Assembly: GCA_002633005.1 (NCBI GenBank)
Contig: NMRA01000063.1
Coordinates: forward strand, 666,427 to 730,426
Length of the DNA stretch: 64,000 bases
Source: Phoronis australis
Lineage: Eukaryota > Animalia > Phoronida
Direction of reading: 5' to 3'
Shown piece after piece: positions 11,701 to 22,493 of the stretch; the first letter of the stretch is position 1, and each line of letters starts with the position of its first letter. The translations under genes and the position numbers were made by a program. The notes below the pieces were generated by a model. The model was not told where the DNA came from and made no database searches. It saw only the letters and a program-made list of their open reading frames with translations.

Positions 11701-14700
11701 AAATAAAAAAACTACCAGCATTCAATGAACACAAACTAAAACTTGGATAAAAATATAAGAGGTAACATGAATTTGAAATGAATGAGGTATTTCATATGAT
11801 TAAGAAATAAAATCAATCGTGTCTAATATTGTGGATAAGCTTTGACTAATAGAGTACAGAACAAAAACTCTCTTTCAATAAATGACAAAAAACTTGTTTT
11901 CTAAGAATTTTAAGTGTCCTACTTTGAATTTGTATTTCACTTCAACTAAACACAATACCTCTAAAAACCTCTTCCCTGTCAGCAAGTCTCGGAGATGCCA
12001 AACATACTGTGCTAAGACTGGGGCTGATGGCCATACAAACATTCCATAGCCTTCACCAAGAACCTTCAACAAGATGTCAGAGACAAGAACACAATTAACA
12101 CAAACGATATAAGTATACACATAAAAAGTGAGGTCCATTCTCCAACAAAGTACTTGCAACAGGCAAGTTTAAATTTTCACCAGAGTAATTTATCCACTAC
12201 ATGGTCACCACTAGTTGAACTCAAAGCCCTGACGTTTCAATTTAAAATGAGTGTTGAGTACAATATTTTTAAAGGTGCTTGTGAAACGCCTTCTGACAGA
12301 ATAACTGTTGATTTAGGTTATTAGAGTACAAGACAAAAGTAATCTGACAAACTATTGTTTGTTATTGTCTTGATAATCTGACACTTAATACTTCAGGTAC
12401 TGTTATCTGTTTAAAATTGTTCCACTTTCCATCAGGAGATAACAAAAATAGGACATTAAGATTTTTATGAAAAATTCAAAATTACCATAAAACAAAAACG
12501 AAATGAATATTAAGAAAACTGTAAAAACCTTTGCAAAATTTCATCATTAACATTTATGTTATATGCATGCTATTGATACTAGCTGTTCTCCTATGAATGA
12601 ACCTTTCGTTTACCATCAATTTTACCAAAAACACATGGTCACATGACCCAACTGGTATTTTAAGTAAAAATCTAAACCCTGCTGACTTTCTACTCTGACT
12701 CAGAAAATACATTGAGAGAATCAAGAATCTATTTAATGACGTTAGAAAAACAGGTTAACATTAGCCAGTTGGGCTATTTCTACGACATTAAATTTAACAG
12801 AAACGTGAAGAAAAATGGAAGTTCAGCTAAAAATGGAGAACAACAGTGAGATTTAAGAGTAAATAAAAGTTTTAACTTTTATTTACACTTAAAAGTGTTC
12901 ATAATCAATAGAGTCAAGACCCACAAAAATAATTTGTATAAACAATAATACTATTAGATACATGTGAAAATACTACAATCTAGAGAAATCACAACTGTAA
13001 AGAAACGCTGGTATACACTATTTACAACATAATCCGGAGTGTTTACAAACGGAGCAGCTGCCTTCGGGCCAGTCCAGGTCTGTATCAGTCTATGGAAAAC
13101 AGTGAATGACTCAGTCTGTTGTGCCCAACTCGTTCGGTAGACTGTTCCAGACCAAAACGGCCTCGAAGCGAAAAGAACTTTTATGGTACTTGACAGATTT
13201 AACTTGAGGAATATCTAAAAGGTTGTTGTAGCGAAAAGAGAAATTGTTTTTCTTGTTTCTTTATAAGTGAATGAAGTGTCTTAGGTGGTTCGCCATAAAG
13301 GATTATAAATAATCTATTGCAATACGTCAAAGTCTGTGGAGGTGAAGGGGTGGTTTGTTAGCTTGTGAGAGCAGTTGTTCATGTGTGCTATTGTCATTGC
13401 AGTAGACAAAATGGAGAGCTCTGAGTTCCAGTTTTTCTAAGTTTTTTTACGTGTATAATTTTTTTGGAGCAAAAATGCCACACCATCCGGTGACAATTAT
13501 AAAAATTCTACAGCTCTCTGAAGAGTGACACTTGCCAAAAGTGAATAAAAAATTTAAACGTAAGGTGGACAACGAAACCAAGAACATCGACAACCATGAC
13601 CTCGAAGCCTGTGAAATCATTGAAAAGTGATAAACCATTAAAAGAGCAATGAGGAACTGGTCAATGAAAGACAATAATGAAATCAGAAAAAAATTGAATG
13701 ACTTGAGAACAATAAGTCGTAGGCAAGAAACATACATTGCAAATAGAACTCTGCAAAGGTAATTTGAAACAATTAGCGTCGCAGCAACACTTGCAGTCGA
13801 TTATCTCGAAAAACAAAATTCCTTGACTAGATGAATATTGTTCGTATATTTCAAGTCCATCAGACAAAAATGCAACCTCTAGCAAGATTATGATAGACCG
13901 AAAAAGTCAGCTGTTTTCATTCATGCGCTCGCAGTGAGCTATGAACCACTTTTAAATTCACTCGTTATCGTGAATACGCTCACAGTGTGCTATGAACCAC
14001 TTGTAAATTCACTTGTTATCGTTTATGCGCTCGCAGTGTGCTATGAACCACTTGTAAATTCACTCGTTATAATTCATGTGCTCGAAGTGTGCTACGAACC
14101 ACCTGTAAATTCACTAGTTATCATTCATGTGCTCAAAGTGTGCTACGAACCACCTGTAAATTCACTCGTTATCATTCATGCGCTCGCAGTGTGCTATGAA
14201 CCACCTGTAAATTCACTCGTCATTGATGCGCTTGCAGTGTGCTATGAACTACTTGTAAATTCACTCGTAATCATTCATCCACTCGCAGTGTGCTATGAAC
14301 CACTTGTAAATTCACTCGTTATCGTTTACGTGCATAATTTGCTGAATAGCAACAGGACTTTTGATGATTGAATCAGTGTAAGGCATAATGTGTTGAATAG
14401 CAACAGGACTTTTGATGATTGAATCAGTGCAAGGCATAATTTGCTGAATAGCAACAGGACTTTTGATGATTGACTCAGTGCATGGCATAATGTGTTGAAT
14501 AGCAACAGGACTTTTGATGATTGAATCAGTGCAAGGCATAATTTGCTGAATAGCAACAGGACTTTTGATGATTGAATCAGTGCAAGGCATAATTTGCTGA
14601 ATAGCAACAGGACTTTTGATGATTGACTCAGTGCAAGGCATAATGTGTTGAATAGCAACAGGACTTTGATGATTGACTCAGTGCAAGGCATAATTTGTTG

Positions 14701-17700
14701 AATAGCAACAGGACTTTTGATGATTGACTCAGTGCAAGGCATAATGTGTTGAATAGCAACAGGACTTTGATGATTGACTCAGTGCAAGGCATAATTTGTT
14801 GAATAGCAACAGGACTTTTGATGATTGACTCAGTGTAAGGCATAATTTGCTGAAAAGCTTCCAGTATATGGAGGGCCTATATAATGATCATCGTCTTTAC
14901 TGGGCCAGTTGAGATGGTGGCACTTTCTAACCACCTACACGAAGACGCTCTCATACTAGGCAAGTACTAGCCAATATCATTGAATGAAACGTGGTTGTAT
15001 AAACACACTGTATTATAATTAAAACATACCATGACTCTGGAGACTACGGTCGCCAGATAATAAAACATTTTTCTTCACTTCAAAATGACACTATTGGGCT
15101 TCCGTAGGAGACAGTTTAGTTAGCATAATTTGAATAAATCCATGAAAATCTCTCGCGGCTCACTTGAGTTTCCTTCACTGAGTGCCATTTTGCAGAAGTT
15201 ACACGAAATCAGGCCTGTTGACAAACAAAAAGTCCAAGAGACACAAATCTTACAAATTTCGCTGGATATCTTCGGTCACGCATTTCGCTCAGTCTCGCGC
15301 TTATTGTTGCCCAACTCACGTGATGTCAAATGAAATTCTCTGTGGTTATCATTCGCGGTGAAAAAATTAGTGGCGACCAAAAAGTGAAGAAGCAATTCTT
15401 CCCCAAAGTCATCTTCATTCATGTAGACGTGCTTCATTGAGGATATATATAGAAACAGAAAACGCCACTGAAGGAAGCACTTTTTAAGAACCAATTTTAA
15501 GAGAAAAATGTACTTTTGACAAGGTGATGGCCTTATTTTTGGTGACCATATTTTGACTACCGCCCATTTAAAATACAGGCTATATGACTAGTACAGAAAC
15601 TGTATAGCCCCTGTGTTAGAGTATGATCTCATATCCAAGTGAGTGCATGTGTAGGAGTAGTTCAGAGAATAAGTGTTATGTAATACACCCCCAACATGAG
15701 GAATTATAGTAAACATGTTTGTTCAGTATATCCTGTTATGATTCATGTATGTCACTATATAAGTGTATGATCGCATGGATTGTAACAGACTCAGTAGTAT
15801 CAGTAGGAGAGTATGTAATAAAACTATTATCTTCCTTCAGACTAGTATTATCCTTGGACCGCGTTCTCGCACTGTGTCGCGCATTCAACGTTCTTAACCA
15901 AACACAATGCCTTTCACTGCTAGCACATCAACAGGTTATGGGCCCAGCACGGCCAACAGTTCCAGCACTAGCGTGAGTAGAGGTTCAGGAAGACTGAGTC
16001 GGCTATGTTTTGATGGAGATGAAAGAAGGTACGAATTGTGTGAAATTAAGTTTCTCGGACATTTGAAATCTCTAGATCTGAAAGCGACAATTGAATCCGA
16101 CGCGGAAACTGTCGATGATGAGAAGAATGAAGAAGCATTCTGTGAACTAGTTCAATACTTGGACGACAAAAGTTTGAACTTAATAATTCGAGATGTGAGA
16201 AATGACGGCCGTGAGGCACTCAAGATTTTACGAGAACATTATACGGGGTGCAGTAAGCCAAGAATAATTGGGTTATACAGCGAACTGACGGCACTCAAAA
16301 TGCAAGCAAATGAGTCTGTGACAGACTATCTGATCAGGGCAGAACGTGCCGCAACTTACCTGCGAACAGCGGAAGAGGTTATAAGCGATAGCCTGTTGAT
16401 CGCAATGGCCATGAAGGGATTACCAGAAAAATTCTGACCCTTCATCGTTTATGTGTCTCAGAACACAGATAAAATAACGTTTGGAGACTTTTCTGTGAAC
16501 TAGTTCAATACTTGGACGACAAAAGTTTGAACTTAATAATTCGAGATGCGAGAAATGACGGCCGTGAGGCACTCAAGATTTTACGAGAACATTATACGGG
16601 GTGCAGTAAGCCAAGAATAATTGGGCTATACAGCGAACTGACGGCACTCAAAATGCAAGCAAATGAGTCTGTGACAGACTATCTGATCAGGGAAAACGTG
16701 CCGCAACTTACCTGCGAACAGCGGAAGAGGTTATAAGCGATAGCCTGTTGATCGCAATGGCCATGAAGGGATTACCAGAAAAATTCGGACCCTTCATCGT
16801 TATGTGTCTCAGAACACAGATAAAATAATGTTTGGAGACTTCAAAGTGAAGTTAAAGTCTTTTGAAGAAAATGAAAATGCGAGACAACATACGGAAGACT
16901 CCGTAATGAGGTCGGCGACCTACTGACGGAACAAACCAATGGAATGTTGGACGTGCGGTCGAAAAAGGCATAAAGCACAAGATAGCAGAACTCAAACAAG
17001 ATGGTGCAGACTGTGTAAAAACAGCTCCCACAACTTCGAGGATTGCCGAAGAAGGAAAGGCACAAGTAAAACCCACAAAGCAGCTGAGGAACAAGACCAG
17101 CAGGGAAGTAGATTTAATGATTTCAGTTTTAAGGTTAGCGATGATAGGTTTAAACATGATCAGATGTTAGTAAACAAACTGTTAGTTGATACTGGGGCAA
17201 CATCCCATATTGTTACAGACAGGTCCAAGTTTAAATGTGTTGATGAGAAATTTGATCCGTCTAGTCACTGCATAGAATTGGCAGATGGGACTAGGCCAAC
17301 TGGTATAGCACAGGCACGTGGTGATGTTGACATTAGGCTAATAGACAGTAAGGGCAATGTCATCTGTTCCACATTGACAAATGTTTTGTACATACCAAGC
17401 TATCCACAGGAAATATTCTCTGTCCAGGCTGCTGTTGCTAATGGGGCTTCAGTGATTTTTGAATCAGAAAATGCAAAATTAATTGCTCGTGATGGGACAG
17501 AATTCGAAATTGAAAAACGTGGAAAATTGTATTATTTGGATGTATTGGCTTCTGACACAGCAAATAAAGTCAGAGAGCATGACCTGTGTACATGGCACAA
17601 AATTTTTGGCCATTGTAACAATGATGACGTATTGAGATTAGAAACAGTTGTTAGAGGTATGAAAATTACTGACAAGGCTAAGGTGGATTGTGACGTTTGT

Positions 17701-20700
17701 ACTCTGGGGAAAATGACTAATACTAGGAATAGGAATCCAGATGCCCGCAGTACGAAAGCATTAGAATTTGTTCATTGTGATTTGGCAGGACCGATTGATC
17801 CCATTTCAAAAGATGGATTTAGATATGCAATATCCTTCGTTGATGATTTTAGTGGGGTGAATATGGTATATTTTATGAAACAGAAGTCAGACACAGTCAA
17901 GGCCACAAAACGTTTTATAGCAGACTGTGCACCCTATGGAGAAGTGAAGCGTATGCGTACCGACAATGGTACAGAATTTACATCGAGCGAATTTCAGGAG
18001 CTCATGTTGAGCCACAGTATTAAACACGAAAAGTCGGCCCCCTATTCCCCACACCAAAATGGGACAGTTGAACGAGGGTGGCGCACTTTATTTGAAATGG
18101 CCAGATGCTTGTTGATAAATGCCAATTTGCCAAAAAGATTTTGGACTTATGCGGTTATGTCTGCTGCATATATTAGAAACAGATGTTTCAACTCAAATAT
18201 TAAGAAAACCCCAGTGGAAGGGTTCACTGGACGACAACCCGATGTAAGCAACATGCATATTTTCGGAAGCGTGTGTTATGCATATGATAATGACCCCAAG
18301 AGGAAGAAACTTGATGCAAAAAGCATAAGGGGTATTTTTGTTGGATATGACAGGGGGAGTCCCGCATATCTTGTTTATGATCCTGAGAGTGACAGAATTC
18401 TCAGAAGTCGGTTAGTAAAATTTCCTGATAATTTTGATTTGTCAGATGCCACACCAAATGAGTGTGATGAAGAATTGGTGAGATTGCCAAGAATGAATCC
18501 TGAAACTAAGGAAGAGAAAAATGGCGAAATTAAGACTGAATCCAGTCAAATAAAGAATGAGTCAAATGAGAATAATGACGCAACTGAGGGTGGTCAAAGA
18601 AGATATCCTCTCAGAGAAAGAAGACCCCCAAGTTATTTGAATGATTATGTGGCCGGAAATATTGATTATTGCTACAAAATTATGGGAATTCCTCAAACGT
18701 ATGAGGAGGCAATGAATTCAAATGAATCAGAATTTTGGGAAAGGGCCATGAATGACGAAATGGACTCATTAAGGGAGAATGATACATTTACATTGACCAA
18801 ACTGCCTGAGGGACGCAATGATATTGTTGGCGGCAGGTGGGTGTTTGCCATTAAGGAAGATAGCAAGGGAAATATAACTCACAAGGCGAGATTTGTGGCA
18901 AAAGGCTATAGCCAAATTCCTGGAAGAGATTACTATGATACATATGCTCCAACTGTGAAATTGAGTACTATTAGGGCAGTAATTCAATTAGCTGTTGAGA
19001 ACGACTTACATGTACATCAAATGGATGTGAAAACGGCCTATTTAAATGCACCGATTGATTGCGAAATTTATATGACACAACCACAAGGTTTCGAGGAATT
19101 ATCAGAAACTGGTGAAAAACTTGTTTGGAAACTTAACAAGTCACTGTATGGCTTGAAGCAAAGTGGCCGGAATTGGAATTACGTTCTCAGAAATTATCTT
19201 ATTGAGATGGGGTATAAACAGAATGAAGTTGACCCGTGTATGTTTACAAGTTGTGATCCAAAGGGATCCATGACATTGCTGTTGATTTGGGTCGATGATA
19301 TAATAATCGTGGCAAGTGATGAGGTTTTACTCAGAAATACCAAGCAGATGTTATGTAATAAGTTTAAGATGAAAGATCTTGGTAAAATTGCCTATTTTCT
19401 TGGAATAGAGTTTGAGCACAAACAAGGCGAAATTGATATGAGTCAGAGGAAGTATTTGAGAAAACTGTTAGATAAATTTGGGATGACAGATTGTAAACCC
19501 AGATTGACTCCTTGTGAACAAGATGTTACTCAAGCGTGCAATGACGTAGCAGTAGTAGACAAAACAATGTATCGTGAAATAGTGGGAAGTTTGATTTATG
19601 CAATGACGTGTACAAGACCAGACTTATGTTTTGTTGTGACAAAATTATCTCAGAAACTGTCAGAGCCAATTGAGGCTGACATGATTAAATTGAAACAGGT
19701 GTTACGCTATTTGAAAGGAACTATGGATTATTCACTCAGATTTAGAAAGTCTGAAAATGGTTTGAGAATTATTGGTTTTAGTGATGCAGATTGGGGATCA
19801 TCTGATGACAGACACAGTATTACTGGATATTGTTTTAGCTGATGTGAAAACATTGCAGATATGTTTACAAAGTTATTGTCAAAAGTGAAACTACAGAAGT
19901 TTGTGAACTATGTTTTTGGACATGATGTTTGTAACTAAAGATTGCATAATAAATGTGATGAATATGACATCAAGGGGGAGTGTTAGAGTATGATCTCATA
20001 TCCCAGTGAGTGCATGTGTAGGAGTAGTTCAGAGAATAAGTGTTATGTAATACACCCCCAACATGAGGAATTGTAGTAAACATGTTTGTTCAGTATATCC
20101 TGTTATGATTCATGTATGTTACTATATAAGTGTATGATCGCATGGATTGTAACAGACTCAGTAGTATCAGTAGAAGAGTATGTAATAAAACTATTATCCT
20201 CCTTCAGACTAGTATTATCCTTGGACCGCGTTCTCGCACTGTGTCGCGCATTCAACGTTCTTAACCGAACAGAATACCTTTCACTGCAAGTACATCAACA
20301 CCCTGTATAGCCAGCTGAGAAGCTACATGTTACCTAACCCGGTGGCTGATTTTGAGCATAACGTAGAATTGTCATGAGGACTTGACAGGGACCTCAGGGG
20401 TTTCACGCTCTCCTGATTTATATACACTAGTTTGAAAAGGCTTTGCCCAGTTACACATTTTGTGTCATGAAAGAGAGGATGATACCTGCAGCTAATGCGG
20501 CAAGTAGAACTACACACGTTTACGGTTTATCACATTGGGGTAGACTCACAGTGGAACTGTGATTTTCTGTTGAGCCCAGACCATCTGGAGTTGCACCATA
20601 TATCAACTCTGGACGGTCTCTCACAACAATTTAGCGTTATGGTGGCCAAGGCCAAGGGGGCCATGGCCCCCCTAAAATTCTCCCAGATTCCACTTCGCAG

Positions 20701-21072
20701 TTCGGGGTGTGAATATTTGACGGGCTAATACTGTGTCCTGCCCACCAATTCAAAATCCTGGATCTGCCCCTGTAACCCTCGTGCAAAGTTTATACTAAAT
20801 ATATAGCTTTGCAACGATGTGGGTAAACAAATGGCTAAATAAAATCTGACACAAATTATCATTAAAATCTACACTTCGCCTGGAGTAAACTGTTAGTAAA
20901 CATATACCACGTCACACATTTCCAGTTTAATCGAACCTGAGAGAAAAATAAGCATGAAAGACAAGCAATAGATTCTGAATGAAACCTGTGGTATTGTTAC
21001 AGATAAAATCGCATCCACATCGTTGCCAAATTCATAAAAATTGAACACTTTGGAACGTGACTCCTCACACAT
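8524..21072 (-). CDS. METTL23: METTL23 histone-arginine methyltransferase, whole gene span: join(21072-20986,12063-11959,11678-11441,10483-10399,8713-8524), 234 aa
   Basis: Five GT-AG exons (87+105+238+85+190 = 705 nt) with consistent phases. Motifs YGMFVWPSAPVLAQY, LELGAGTALPG (SAM motif I), VILSD, LASDCFY, YQERS and LPGVHTI match METTL23. Confidence 0.95.
9042..9650 (+). mobile_element. Truncated THAP-encoding DNA transposon remnant (Kolobok-like)
   Basis: ATG at 9399: MKSCMYGGCSN..(frameshift)..FAFLKDGNIAQKW...LCSAHYGESCF, the THAP C2CH signature. Possible terminus taaa/AGAGGCGATCC near 9042. Confidence 0.55.
10158..10385. repeat. 24-bp minisatellite, about 9 copies
   Basis: Unit actccttgctactattctatgta(a/c). 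Confidence 0.95.
10399..10483 (-). CDS. METTL23: METTL23 exon 4
   Basis: ttacag acceptor; (D)FESVLVTAAYLLKKNPGAEMWCSYQER(S); gtaaag donor; 85 nt. Confidence 0.92.
11441..11678 (-). CDS. METTL23: METTL23 exon 3
   Basis: LGAGTALPGVLAAKLGGDVILSD...DIVLASDCFYDKS; tttcttcag acceptor, gtaatc donor. Confidence 0.95.
11959..12063 (-). CDS. METTL23: METTL23 exon 2
   Basis: VLGEGYGMFVWPSAPVLAQYVWHLRDLLTGKRFLE; 105 nt, phase 0/0. Confidence 0.93.
13040..13495 (-). mobile_element. 3' fragment of a CR1/L2-group LINE ORF2 (decayed)
   Basis: KLELRALHFVY...LDIPQVKSVKYHKSSFRFEAVLVWNSLP...WTGP(fs)CSCSVC, a typical post-RT C-terminus; contains stops and frameshifts. Confidence 0.65.
13920..14330. repeat. 51-bp minisatellite A, about 8 copies
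   Basis: Unit gcgctcgcagtgtgctatgaaccacttgtaaattcactcgttatcattcat. Confidence 0.92.
14331..14853. repeat. 51-bp minisatellite B, about 10 copies
   Basis: Unit gcataatttgctgaatagcaacaggacttttgatgattgactcagtgcaag. Confidence 0.95.
15614..15933 (+). repeat. 5' LTR
   Basis: tgttagagt...catcaaca; 10 mismatches against the 3' LTR by manual comparison. Confidence 0.95.
15907..16938 (+). pseudogene. Disrupted copia gag
   Basis: STGYGPS...FDGDERRYE...; about 353-bp tandem duplication (16138-16490 and 16491-16841), TGA at 16435 and 16924, single-base deletions in copy 2. Confidence 0.85.
15934..15951 (+). promoter_or_regulatory. Primer-binding site complementary to the internal (anticodon-arm) region of tRNAiMet
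   Basis: GGTTATGGGCCCAGCACG is the reverse complement of CGTGCTGGGCCCATAACC of metazoan initiator tRNA-Met. Confidence 0.9.
16939..19842 (+). CDS. Copia polyprotein: Zn knuckles, aspartic protease, integrase, reverse transcriptase, truncated RNase H
   Basis: CRLCKNSSHNFEDC; LLVDTGATSH; WHKIFGH..CDVC; VHCDLAGP, RTDNGTEF, QNGTVER (DDE); QMDVKTAYLN, SLYGLKQSGRNW, WVDD; FSDADW followed soon by a stop. Confidence 0.95.
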   Translation: MECWTCGRKRHKAQDSRTQTRWCRLCKNSSHNFEDCRRRKGTSKTHKAAEEQDQQGSRFNDFSFKVSDDRFKHDQMLVNKLLVDTGATSHIVTDRSKFKCVDEKFDPSSHCIELADGTRPTGIAQARGDVDIRLIDSKGNVICSTLTNVLYIPSYPQEIFSVQAAVANGASVIFESENAKLIARDGTEFEIEKRGKLYYLDVLASDTANKVREHDLCTWHKIFGHCNNDDVLRLETVVRGMKITDKAKVDCDVCTLGKMTNTRNRNPDARSTKALEFVHCDLAGPIDPISKDGFRYAISFVDDFSGVNMVYFMKQKSDTVKATKRFIADCAPYGEVKRMRTDNGTEFTSSEFQELMLSHSIKHEKSAPYSPHQNGTVERGWRTLFEMARCLLINANLPKRFWTYAVMSAAYIRNRCFNSNIKKTPVEGFTGRQPDVSNMHIFGSVCYAYDNDPKRKKLDAKSIRGIFVGYDRGSPAYLVYDPESDRILRSRLVKFPDNFDLSDATPNECDEELVRLPRMNPETKEEKNGEIKTESSQIKNESNENNDATEGGQRRYPLRERRPPSYLNDYVAGNIDYCYKIMGIPQTYEEAMNSNESEFWERAMNDEMDSLRENDTFTLTKLPEGRNDIVGGRWVFAIKEDSKGNITHKARFVAKGYSQIPGRDYYDTYAPTVKLSTIRAVIQLAVENDLHVHQMDVKTAYLNAPIDCEIYMTQPQGFEELSETGEKLVWKLNKSLYGLKQSGRNWNYVLRNYLIEMGYKQNEVDPCMFTSCDPKGSMTLLLIWVDDIIIVASDEVLLRNTKQMLCNKFKMKDLGKIAYFLGIEFEHKQGEIDMSQRKYLRKLLDKFGMTDCKPRLTPCEQDVTQACNDVAVVDKTMYREIVGSLIYAMTCTRPDLCFVVTKLSQKLSEPIEADMIKLKQVLRYLKGTMDYSLRFRKSENGLRIIGFSDADWGSSDDRHSITGYCFS
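19981..20300 (+). repeat. 3' LTR
   Basis: Follows the PPT caagggggag; about 97% identical to the 5' LTR. Confidence 0.95.
20986..21072 (-). CDS. METTL23: METTL23 exon 1
   Basis: MCEESRSKVFNFYEFGNDVDAILSVTIPQ with GT donor; joins exon 2 as V.IPQVL, as in METTL23 orthologues. Confidence 0.85.
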
Positions 21073-21321
21073 AACAGAGAACTCAGAGCAACCACACGAC
21101 TTAACTGTAGCCAGGGTTTGTTTACAAAAGTTTTATGCTGCAATTAGAAGAAAAATATTCTGTATTAACACCATATATGTATTTAAAAGATAATACTATA
21201 TACCAAGATAATTTTTAAGTCCTCAAATAGGTTTACACCTAAAAACTACTTGCCAAAACGTGGCTATCAATCTCCAAATAGACAAGATGTGGTACGGCAA
21301 TAGAAATTCAGTTGTTAGGCC
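21073..21321. promoter_or_regulatory. Putative bidirectional promoter shared by METTL23 and SIRT7
   Basis: Only 249 bp separate the divergent ATGs; includes a forkhead-type TGTTTAC at 21119-21125. Confidence 0.75.
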
Positions 21322-21417
21322 ATGGCCGATGACAATCTTTCCACAAGAGCTGCCCGAAAAACGGCCGATTTGGGTCGGATCTTAATCAAGGAGGAATTAA
21401 AGGCCCGTTCAAAGCAG
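21322..21417 (+). CDS. SIRT7: SIRT7 NAD-dependent deacetylase, exon 1
   Basis: MADDNLSTRAARKTADLGRILIKEELKARSKQ with CAG/gtgata donor; aligns with the SIRT7 N-terminus (LSRSERKAAE...RLRQ). Confidence 0.85.
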
Positions 21418-22493
21418 GTGATACATCTATAGGGTTTAAAAATGTCTATGATGATGTGTATTTAGGACTTAAATCTGATTTAGATGTCGTTAATTTTGAC
21501 ATTTTTGAAGCAAGTACGATTATTGATGGATGTCGATGCATCGAATAGAGTCGATGACGATGAGGATGATTATTTCTATAAGCAGATTAGGCAAGGAAGG
21601 GTCAATACATTCATTCAGGTTGACTTAAAAGAATTTAAGCTCCTCGAAACTTATGGGTTTGAAATTGTTATACCTTCAAAAGGTGTAAATGTATGGATTG
21701 AAATTGTGGTGTTGGATAGATCATACGGCCAATATTGATGCAGCTTAGCCTGTAATCTCTGACAGTAGGCAACACGTAGCCCCTGCCCTCTGCTTCGTCT
21801 GGCAACACAGGGTCTTCATTGCTCCCATCGGTTTCTGTACTAATCTTACTCTGTATTGTAAGTGGACTGTAATCCAATTCTGATCCCCGAATACGATGTT
21901 TCACCTCATCAAAAATACAGAACAGCATTTTTCAAAATGGTTAAAAAACTACGTGACGTAGTTAGACATGTGATACATCATTTCAAAGAACTTTTTATGA
22001 TAAATAATTAACAAAAAAGCATTCCGATTGGACGTTCCTGTGCTAAGATATTGACCTTAAAGTCACCACAGCTGACAAAGAAAAGACAGCACATACAATT
22101 TTGCCATTTCAAGTTGGCGTAAAATAAGAATTACTCAAGGAAAAAAATAAGGTAGAATTTTAAAGATTTTTCATCAGGAAAGTTGAAGGTTGAGCAAATT
22201 ATTGATATTATTTTGTGATTTTTCTGTTAACATGCAGTTTACGACTGACTTAACTTTCTCAAAATCAGTTACAGTAAATAAAAATTAAAGATAAACATCA
22301 TTTCAAAAATTCATTGATGACTAGTATGATAAATGGAACATTTTAATACAAGCTTCTGAAGACATACAATAAATAGAACTTAAACATACTTTCAACAACA
22401 ATGTAATAATATGAAGACCTTGTCTTGAACCATCCAAGAAATTTCATGCTATAAAACGACAACTGCAATATTTATTTTCCAAAGTTGTCCTAA

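Larger units (their letters stand above)
15614..20300 (+). mobile_element. Full-length defective Ty1/copia LTR retrotransposon in METTL23 intron 1 (antisense)
   Basis: 320-bp LTRs TG...CA, 5-bp TSD CCCTG (15609-15613 and 20301-20305), PBS, polypurine tract agggggag, domain order gag-PR-IN-RT-RH. Confidence 0.97.

Noticed and set aside
13934-14843. 17-aa repeat ORFs as real proteins
   Set aside because: They are by-products of 51-bp periodicity; frames break at 1-bp indels and there is no splice or domain support. The same applies to ORFs at 1256-1812, 10158-10448 and 27219-27414.
15719-15976. 85-aa ORF and its 74-aa twin at 20086-20310
   Set aside because: Both lie in the LTRs and are duplicated only because the LTRs are.
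16921-16929. TAC-TGA-CGG as programmed gag-pol readthrough
   Set aside because: The context is leaky-like, but the stop precedes the Zn knuckles and copia uses one ORF; CGA>TGA decay is simpler.
21484-21928. Overlapping 84- and 86-aa ORFs just inside SIRT7 intron 1
   Set aside because: No recognisable domain, and neither fits SIRT7 or METTL23 exon structure.
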